The translations under genes and the position numbers were made by a program. A stretch of 64,000 bases of DNA from a virus, in the IMG/VR virus record IMGVR_UViG_3300032315_001401, positions 124,018 through 188,017 of that record, one strand, 5' to 3'. Below, one piece after another: positions 56,899 through 64,000 of this stretch (positions are counted from its first letter, which is position 1; each line of letters opens with the position of its first letter). Under the pieces are notes generated by a model. That model worked only from the letters and a program-made list of their open reading frames with translations, did not search any database and was not told where the DNA came from.

Positions 56899-59800
56899 TT
56901 ATTTTGATTTCTTAAGTTCTTCAATTTCTACTTTCAGTTCTTTAATTGCTTCCACTAATAATGGAACAAGTTTTTCATATTTCACGGTTAGATAATTATT
57001 GTCTGCTGGAGCAGGTGCAACTGCTTCTGGCAGAACAGACTGAATTTCCTGAGCAGAAACACCAGAATGTCTTTGCTTAGGATTAAATCCAAGTTCTTCA
57101 CCAATTTGATTGAAACTATAAGTAAATCCTCTCAGAGAACAAACTTTTTCTAAAGCATTGTCAATAATTTCAATATTTTCCTTCAGTCTTTCATCAGAAG
57201 CAAAAGCAGTAATATCACCAGCAACAACAACATTTGTTCCATCGAATGTGAAATTTGCAGAGGTAGTGGCTTGATTACTTGCGTTCTTATAAAGAACTTG
57301 ATTTGCATTTCCAACATTTATGTTTGAATTAGAAGCTGCTTGTTGCGCTGAAAGTGTTGCTTGAGATGCAGATTGTGCTGCTTGTCCCGCAGACCCCGCT
57401 GCTGCCCCTGCAGATTGTGATGCTGCTGTCGCAGACCCCGCTGCTTGTCCAGCAGAACCCGCTGCTGCTCCTGCAGATTGTCCTGCTGCTGTTGCAGATC
57501 CAGATGCTTGGGCAGCAGATTGTCCTGCTGCTTGTGCTTGTGCAGCAGATTGTGCAGCAGATTGTGCAGATGCTCCTGCAGATTGTGCTGCTTGTCCCGC
57601 AGACCCCGCTGCTGCCCCTGCAGATTGTGATGCTGCTGTCGCAGACCCCGCTGCTGCTCCCGCAGATTGTCCTGCTGCTTGTGCTTGTGCTGCTGATTGC
57701 GCAGCAGATTGTGATGCTGCGTTTGCGGATTGTGCTGCTTGTTGTGCAAATGGTTGCGCTGCTGCTGCACCAGCCTGTGCTCCTGCTGTGGCACCTGCTT
57801 GCGCCCCTGCAGCGGCGCCTGCTGCTGCAGCGGCAGTAGTCGTTAGTGTTATAGTTGCATTAGCGCCAGATGCAGTTGCTGTTATATCAGCACCAACAAA
57901 GTTAATTGAAGTAACTCCACCAGAAGTTCCTACTGTTATTCCCTCATCTTGAATTGTAATTCCACCAATTGCCTGCTGTGAAGATCCACCAAAAGTAACA
58001 GATCCATTTACAGTTAAATTGCCAGTTATCGTAGTTTGACTTGCTTCTAGATAAAGATCGTCATCAGCATCATTTTTAATACCAATATGTAATCTTGTAT
58101 TTTCTCCAGATTCTACATAATATCTAATAAATGCTTCATCTCCAGAACCTCCTCCAGGATCACTATTCCAAACAATACCTTTATCACCAGTTCCTGCAGA
58201 AGGAATGATTTTACCACCAGAAGATAAATTACCACCTACAGTTAATAAATTTGTAGAAGGTTGATAACTTAATCCAGAATTTGTATAGACTGCTTCATAA
58301 TCAGCAGGGGAATTATTACTATCAACAAAGGTTGGGTAAAAAGTATTTACACTTACACTAGATACTGTTTTAATTTTATCTGCTTGACCAGCAGTGGATC
58401 CACTTAAATTAAAAGTTCCTGCTGATGTTATTCTACCTTTAGCATCAACAGTAAATGTTGGTATTGTATTTGGTGAAGAACCATAAGTTCCTGCTGTCAC
58501 ACCAGAGTTTGCTAGAGTTGCTCCTGAAGATACATTAGTAGATCCATCAAAGTTAACGTTCCAAGCAAGATCTCCAGTAATTGCAATATTTCTTGAGTTT
58601 AGTAATTTAGTTGCAGTATCAGCATTGCCAGTAATAGCACCAACAAATGTAGTAGCATGAACTTCATTCCATTTATTAGAGGCACCACCTAAATTTAAAG
58701 TTCCCGAAGTTCCCTGTGGTAATAAATTGCCAGAACTATCAAGAAGAAGACGTGAAGTATTGTTAGTATAAATTGCTAAAGAACCGTCAGTTGAACCTCC
58801 ACCTCTTATAAACTGTAAGAAAGTATTCCATCCAGTTCCAGAATAATTAATACCAAATCTCGATACTTCTTGACCACTGGCATTAGTTGCAGAACCATTT
58901 TGTGCAGATAATTGGAAATTATTATCTGCACCACGAGTTAATATGGTAGTAACTGAAGATGCTGTGGTTTTACTTACATTTAAATTAGAAACTGTAAGTG
59001 TATCTGTGCTTGTATTATAAGAAATTCCAGCATCGGTATAAAGTGCTTCATAGGCAGCAGTAGAATTATTACTATCTACAAATGTTGGATAAAAAGTAGC
59101 ACCAGTTTCTGTAGTTACTGTTTTAACTTTATCAGCATTTGCAACTGTTGCATTGGCAAAATCAATAGCAACATTAGATGCTGAAGTGATTCTTCCTTTA
59201 GAATCTACGGTAAATTGACCTACATTGGTCGAATTTCCATAAGTATTAGCAGATACTCCAGTATTTGCTAAAGTTCCGGTTGCAGTTACATTTGCACTTC
59301 CATCAAAGTTAACGTTCCAAGCAAGATCTCCAGTAATTGCTATATTTCTAGCAGTTTGAAGTTTTGTAGCAGTATCAGCATTGCCAATAAATTGCCCATT
59401 AAATGTAGTAGCATAAACTTCATTCCATCTCAAAGAACTAGAACCTAAATCTCTGCTATTATTGGTCAATGGTAAAATATCACTATTAACTCCAGCAGTA
59501 AAGACAACTGTATCTGTACTAACATCTCCTAACGTTACATTACCATTAAAATTTACATTACTATTGAAAGTTGATATTCCAGAAACAATTAAATTATCAT
59601 CAATTGTTGTGGTGCCCCCCGCACTATCAATTGTCAAATTACCTGTTGTAGTATCAATTTCATTATCACCCGTAATGCCAATTTGAATATTGTCAATATA
59701 AGCACCACCATTAGCATCAATATGACTATCAAAAGTGCTAATGCCAACGACTTTTAAATTTCTTGTTGTAGTAAGTCCAGAAACACCAAGTGTTGCAATG

Positions 59801-61416
59801 GTAGCAATACCAGTAACTTGAAAATCTTTGGTTTTTAAAAATTCAGTGAATTCTGCTTTTCTACCACTAATTTCATCATAGTAAACATCATCTAAAACAT
59901 ATAAATCTCCACCGACATAAAGATCTCCACCAGTGGTTGTAATACCCCCCAAAGTCGCTAGTGCAACTGCACCACCAACATTTAATCTCTTTTCAATTCC
60001 AACTCCACCTTCAGTATAGATTGAACCAGTATCTTTATTGGTAGATTCTGTAGTATCATTTATATAAAGAGCATCTCTAATTTCTGCGGTTCCGGCAGAT
60101 GAGTCTAATATTAAATTTCCAGTGTTTGTGCTAACTGTGTTTGTGTCTAATTTAATATTATCAAATGTTCCTACTCCAGTAACACTTAAATTATTGATAG
60201 TAACTTGCGAATCAAACGTTGAAATACCAGTGACTTTTAAACGATTAAGTGTTGTAGATTCATAAACTTGAAGATTTTGAGTTGTAGTGAATCCAGTTAC
60301 GCCTAGATCACTATTAATATTTGCTTTTTGTAAAAATGTCGATACTCCGGTGACATATAAACTAGTTACATCAATCGCACCAACTAATTTTGATGCAGTT
60401 ACAATTCCAGTAAAATAAGCACTTGTTCCCGTTACAAATCCAATAGTTGTAACTCCAGTTACAAAAAGATTACGAGTTGTTGAAGTGCCAGATACTGCAA
60501 GAGTTCCAGTGGTTGTAACTCCAGTTACACGCAAATTATCAATTATAGTACCACCTTTAAATGATGAAATGCCAATCACATCTAAAGTTGTTTTTGGATA
60601 AGTACTTCCAATACCTACTCTCGAATTAATTTCATCATATACAAAAGTTGAAGCGCCATCAACTAATCCCGCACTATTATTATATTGGATATTCTGATAT
60701 GTTCCACCTGCTCCAGCACGAATTGTAGATTGGTTTATCCAAAGAACCCCACCAAAATTATTTTTTACTAAAACTTGAGAATTTGATCCTGGACTATCTG
60801 TATAATCGTAGATTGTTCCAGTTAATCTCAAATCTCCCTGAACATGCAATTCTTGTGTTGGATTTGAAGTTCCTATACCAACTAAACCAGCATCAGTAGT
60901 TGTGAGTACTGTTCCACCAGTTCCAACAGTAATTCTATCTCCAGCAGTAAATAATCCAGTTACTTTATCAAATGTTAATTTTGTTGAAGTTCCAAATTCA
61001 TTATTATCATTAAATAAAACTTGTTTATTAATTCCAGGAGAAAATACAGTGACAGTTACGCCAATTCCAGGACTTCCATTGGGGTTTAAATAACCTTTTG
61101 CACTAACAGCTGCACCAACAAAATTGACTTGAGAAATACTACTTACACCAGCATTATTTGGTACAACAACTCCTTCATCATATACGGTAATTGATCCGGG
61201 AATTAATCCACCACCTACAGGAATCCAATATCGTTCTCCAGGAACACCCAAAACAGAAATGATTTGATATTGTTGTCCAATAGGAAGAGTCTGAGGAACT
61301 AATGATGGATCGCCAAGATTTGGTTCAGCATCTGAGAGAGATAAGTACCTGTTCCTATCATTTGGTATTTCAGATTGAGAAGTTCTTTTAACTCTTCCAC
61401 TTAAATATTTTGCCAT
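56899..61416 (-). CDS. Long tail fibre with C-terminal S74 chaperone
   Basis: Two ADTATKL..RNIAITGDLAWNVNFDGS repeats; SDERLKENI...GVSAQE...YEKLVPLLVEAIKEL. Confidence 0.85.
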   Translation of the reverse strand: MAKYLSGRVKRTSQSEIPNDRNRYLSLSDAEPNLGDPSLVPQTLPIGQQYQIISVLGVPGERYWIPVGGGLIPGSITVYDEGVVVPNNAGVSSISQVNFVGAAVSAKGYLNPNGSPGIGVTVTVFSPGINKQVLFNDNNEFGTSTKLTFDKVTGLFTAGDRITVGTGGTVLTTTDAGLVGIGTSNPTQELHVQGDLRLTGTIYDYTDSPGSNSQVLVKNNFGGVLWINQSTIRAGAGGTYQNIQYNNSAGLVDGASTFVYDEINSRVGIGSTYPKTTLDVIGISSFKGGTIIDNLRVTGVTTTGTLAVSGTSTTRNLFVTGVTTIGFVTGTSAYFTGIVTASKLVGAIDVTSLYVTGVSTFLQKANINSDLGVTGFTTTQNLQVYESTTLNRLKVTGISTFDSQVTINNLSVTGVGTFDNIKLDTNTVSTNTGNLILDSSAGTAEIRDALYINDTTESTNKDTGSIYTEGGVGIEKRLNVGGAVALATLGGITTTGGDLYVGGDLYVLDDVYYDEISGRKAEFTEFLKTKDFQVTGIATIATLGVSGLTTTRNLKVVGISTFDSHIDANGGAYIDNIQIGITGDNEIDTTTGNLTIDSAGGTTTIDDNLIVSGISTFNSNVNFNGNVTLGDVSTDTVVFTAGVNSDILPLTNNSRDLGSSSLRWNEVYATTFNGQFIGNADTATKLQTARNIAITGDLAWNVNFDGSANVTATGTLANTGVSANTYGNSTNVGQFTVDSKGRITSASNVAIDFANATVANADKVKTVTTETGATFYPTFVDSNNSTAAYEALYTDAGISYNTSTDTLTVSNLNVSKTTASSVTTILTRGADNNFQLSAQNGSATNASGQEVSRFGINYSGTGWNTFLQFIRGGGSTDGSLAIYTNNTSRLLLDSSGNLLPQGTSGTLNLGGASNKWNEVHATTFVGAITGNADTATKLLNSRNIAITGDLAWNVNFDGSTNVSSGATLANSGVTAGTYGSSPNTIPTFTVDAKGRITSAGTFNLSGSTAGQADKIKTVSSVSVNTFYPTFVDSNNSPADYEAVYTNSGLSYQPSTNLLTVGGNLSSGGKIIPSAGTGDKGIVWNSDPGGGSGDEAFIRYYVESGENTRLHIGIKNDADDDLYLEASQTTITGNLTVNGSVTFGGSSQQAIGGITIQDEGITVGTSGGVTSINFVGADITATASGANATITLTTTAAAAAGAAAGAQAGATAGAQAGAAAAQPFAQQAAQSANAASQSAAQSAAQAQAAGQSAGAAAGSATAASQSAGAAAGSAGQAAQSAGASAQSAAQSAAQAQAAGQSAAQASGSATAAGQSAGAAAGSAGQAAGSATAASQSAGAAAGSAGQAAQSASQATLSAQQAASNSNINVGNANQVLYKNASNQATTSANFTFDGTNVVVAGDITAFASDERLKENIEIIDNALEKVCSLRGFTYSFNQIGEELGFNPKQRHSGVSAQEIQSVLPEAVAPAPADNNYLTVKYEKLVPLLVEAIKELKVEIEELKKSK
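57330..57845. repeat. Ala/Gly/Ser/Gln low-complexity coding repeat
   Basis: AAGQSAGAAAGSA-like units; GC-rich; long duplicated block near 57389 and 57599. Confidence 0.85.
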
Positions 61417-61418
61417 GT

Positions 61419-62090
61419 TTATGTGGTGCTATTTTCAAGAATACTGCAAACAAATTCCATTTGTAATGGTGCAACTAATCCACCACTCACATAAGTATGA
61501 GCAATTCCGGCAACGACTCCAGAATTAGTTACAAAGGTTTTAGAAGTTCCTACGCTTCCAATAATACTATTTACGACAAATGATTGTTGTGGAGATGGGA
61601 AAATTGTGGTTGTAATGCCATATGCACCAGAAGCACACGTAAAAGCAAGTCCACTCATTGTAACTTCATCACCCACATTAAAATTATGAGCACTAATTGT
61701 GGTAACTGTAGTAACTCCTGTGTTATTATTATATAAACAACCGGTCACAGACACAATTCCAGTTTGTGTGCCTTCAATGACAAGAGAATCTGTAACAATC
61801 GCAGTTCTTTCTAAAACTAAACGACCATCAATAATTACTATAGCATCATTTGGCGGAACTTCTGCTTTTTTAATAACACGTATATTTCTTGTATTTCCTG
61901 CGGTTCTTTGAGAAGTACTTTTTCTACGATGCGTCATCGTAGCTGTTGGATAAGTATTCACTCCAACATTCGCAACTTGAGCATAAAGAACAATTGCAGA
62001 AACTCCCGTTGGAGTTGTATATACCGTTTGCTCTCCCGGAGCAATTGGAACTGCAATAGTTAAAAATTTATTAAGTGGTGCAACTGCCAT
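61419..62090 (-). CDS. Conserved cyanomyovirus structural protein
   Basis: APLNKFLTIAV...VYTTPTGVSAIVLYAQVANV. Confidence 0.65.
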   Translation of the reverse strand: MAVAPLNKFLTIAVPIAPGEQTVYTTPTGVSAIVLYAQVANVGVNTYPTATMTHRRKSTSQRTAGNTRNIRVIKKAEVPPNDAIVIIDGRLVLERTAIVTDSLVIEGTQTGIVSVTGCLYNNNTGVTTVTTISAHNFNVGDEVTMSGLAFTCASGAYGITTTIFPSPQQSFVVNSIIGSVGTSKTFVTNSGVVAGIAHTYVSGGLVAPLQMEFVCSILENSTT

Positions 62091-62093
62091 ATT

Positions 62094-63998
62094 TTACCTC
62101 AACGCAAGTATAAGTGGTGTAACTTCTGCCTGAATCGCTTTACTAAAATCTCTTCCTCTAATTGTAGAGGTAGGTTGATTAATTTGAAATCCTTCGCCAA
62201 TGTCAAAATTACCTTTCTGATCTGTACTCGTAAATGGAATTTGTGCTCCATCTAAAGCAACAATTTCATTTGCTTTAATTGGAACCGCACCAGTAAATGG
62301 TGTTGCTGTATTTATATCAGTACCAGTGCCAATATATTCGAAAGAATGTGAACTTGTTAAAATCCTACTAATTCTTCTAAATGAAACTTGCTCCCCACCA
62401 AATAACTCATAGGGAATAAACTCAGTAAATGTAACTGTTGAGATTCCCGAAGAATTTGGTGTTGCAGAATCAACTGCATAATAAATTGGTCTTGTAATAA
62501 CTGTTGCTGCTGCTCCAACTGCAGCACCACCGTCAATAAAAACTTCTAGATTTTGTGTTGCCAGATAATTTCTACCACTATTAACAACATCAATTGCAAT
62601 AATTTCCCCAGTAACTTCATCAATAGTTGGACTTAATTCTGCAATAATTCCTTGCGGACCTTTTGGTTGTTGAGATAAATCGACAGAATCGCGAATAATT
62701 ACTGTTGGTGGTGATGCAGCACTAAATCCACTTCCACCAGCACTAACTACCACTTCTTGTATTTCAACCATTGGTTGCTGTATTATTCCAGTACCAACAG
62801 TGTCTGCATAATTATTCAAATTTATTTTAAAAAATACATTCTGCCCATCATAAGGTCTTCTATTATTTCCAATGCCCGTAAATGTAACAGTATCACTTCC
62901 AGCATTGACTCCAGCCTGCCCTCTAGTAGGAGGATAAGTTCCTACAGATCCTGTAAATTCTGTAGATCCAATTCCAACAGCATATAATGCATAATTACCA
63001 AAAGAAGAGTTAGAGTTTGTTAAGTCACAAGATCCTCCAGTATCACAATAAATTCCAATATTACAGTTAATCGTGAAAATAGAAACTAACTGAGCATAAC
63101 CATTATTAGTAATCGAAACACCAATTCCATTTTCATTATATTGAGTAAATGAATCACAAACCATACATTTAAGATCATTTCCAGGTGTGGATGCGGTTGC
63201 ATGATCTCCATTAATTTTCATCCCAATACTGCCCGACATAAAATTGGTGCAGTTTCTCACATAAGGACTTCTCCATCTGCCAGTAGATCCTTCCGTTGTA
63301 GGTCCTGGAGCAATATATCCAGTAACAGCATAATCTGATGGACTTGTTGGAGGAAACGCCACTGCCCCACATCCAGTATGAGCAATACCAATACTAGTTC
63401 CTGAAAAATTTAAATTTTCAATTAAACATCCACGTCTTACATGGAAAACATCCTTAGTTACATTAATTGGAACAACTTTTACAAGACGCAAGTCCTGCCC
63501 TGATACAGAAACATCTGTACGAAGTCCAATTGGATTATTTTCAAAGTAAACACCAGAGCGAACAAAAATTGTATCTCCTTCTTGAGCAATTGAAGCCGCT
63601 GCACCTATTGTTCTTTTAGCATCACCTTCAAGGAATCCACTATTTGAATCACTTCCATCCATTGTAACCCAAATAGCATTTTGTGTTTGGACTCCGGGAG
63701 GTCTCCAAGAAACTCCAGTCCCAACAGATGAAAGACGATAATCAAATTTTCCAGTTGCTGTGCTATTATTTACATCAATTAAAGAAGAATTAAGTTCTAT
63801 AGTATTTTGAAATACTGCAGTGCCATCTACATTTAAAGTAGAATTAAGATCCGTAGCACCATCGACTTCTAAAGTATCATTAAGTGTTGTTGCTAGATCA
63901 ACATCTAAAGTATTATTAAGTGTTGTTGCCCCATCAACATCCAATGTTGCATTAAGTGTTGTTGCTAGATCAACATCTAAAGTATTATTAAGTGTTGT
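62094..63998 (-). CDS. Tail/baseplate structural protein, 5-prime truncated by the window edge
   Basis: Frame open to the window end; 12-aa ATTLNNTLDVD(G/L) repeats; beta-helix-like GDTIFVRSGVYFE region. Confidence 0.75.
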   Translation of the reverse strand, partial: TTLNNTLDVDLATTLNATLDVDGATTLNNTLDVDLATTLNDTLEVDGATDLNSTLNVDGTAVFQNTIELNSSLIDVNNSTATGKFDYRLSSVGTGVSWRPPGVQTQNAIWVTMDGSDSNSGFLEGDAKRTIGAAASIAQEGDTIFVRSGVYFENNPIGLRTDVSVSGQDLRLVKVVPINVTKDVFHVRRGCLIENLNFSGTSIGIAHTGCGAVAFPPTSPSDYAVTGYIAPGPTTEGSTGRWRSPYVRNCTNFMSGSIGMKINGDHATASTPGNDLKCMVCDSFTQYNENGIGVSITNNGYAQLVSIFTINCNIGIYCDTGGSCDLTNSNSSFGNYALYAVGIGSTEFTGSVGTYPPTRGQAGVNAGSDTVTFTGIGNNRRPYDGQNVFFKINLNNYADTVGTGIIQQPMVEIQEVVVSAGGSGFSAASPPTVIIRDSVDLSQQPKGPQGIIAELSPTIDEVTGEIIAIDVVNSGRNYLATQNLEVFIDGGAAVGAAATVITRPIYYAVDSATPNSSGISTVTFTEFIPYELFGGEQVSFRRISRILTSSHSFEYIGTGTDINTATPFTGAVPIKANEIVALDGAQIPFTSTDQKGNFDIGEGFQINQPTSTIRGRDFSKAIQAEVTPLILALR

Positions 63999-64000
63999 TG

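Noticed and set aside
57318-57839. Gln/His-rich and Leu-rich alternative-frame ORFs
   Set aside because: By-products of the GCW/CAR-rich repeat in the tail fibre frame
44035-61416. Diversity-generating retroelement targeting the fibres
   Set aside because: No reverse transcriptase and no template/variable repeat pair with adenine-specific mismatches seen
1-64000. Stop-codon recoding, group I introns or inteins
   Set aside because: Genes read intact in code 11, no suppressor tRNA, and no split genes or intein motifs noticed

Overview
64-kb segment of a T4-like cyanomyovirus genome (Kyanoviridae-type; a freshwater Synechococcus/Cyanobium host is an inference). Essentially every real gene is on the minus strand. 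In transcription order (64000 to 1): tail-fibre/structural genes (two with C-terminal S74 chaperone domains), each fibre block followed by a glycine-rich paralogue plus Fe(II)/2OG oxygenase and sulfotransferase genes; three tRNAs and an HNH endonuclease; an SF2 helicase; a long array of short early genes; an AT-rich enzyme island (17.1-22.2 kb); a PD-(D/E)xK nuclease with two N4/N6 DNA methyltransferases and a ParB-like gene; a non-coding control locus at 7.4-7.9 kb; a GC-rich early-gene block; and an AbrB-like gene and a glycosyltransferase. The most notable features are (i) an origin-like locus with divergent sigma70 promoters, six palindromic repeats, three cyanobacterial-consensus DnaA boxes and an AT-rich tract; (ii) at least 21 copies of a TGTGCCA-N10-TG(G/T)CACA dyad fixed 29-31 nt from a -10 box, often with a hairpin in the gap; (iii) twin fibre-plus-modifying-enzyme modules; and (iv) a probable phage-borne restriction-modification pair. 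All calls come from motif reading without database searches, and start codons were refined by eye where noted.
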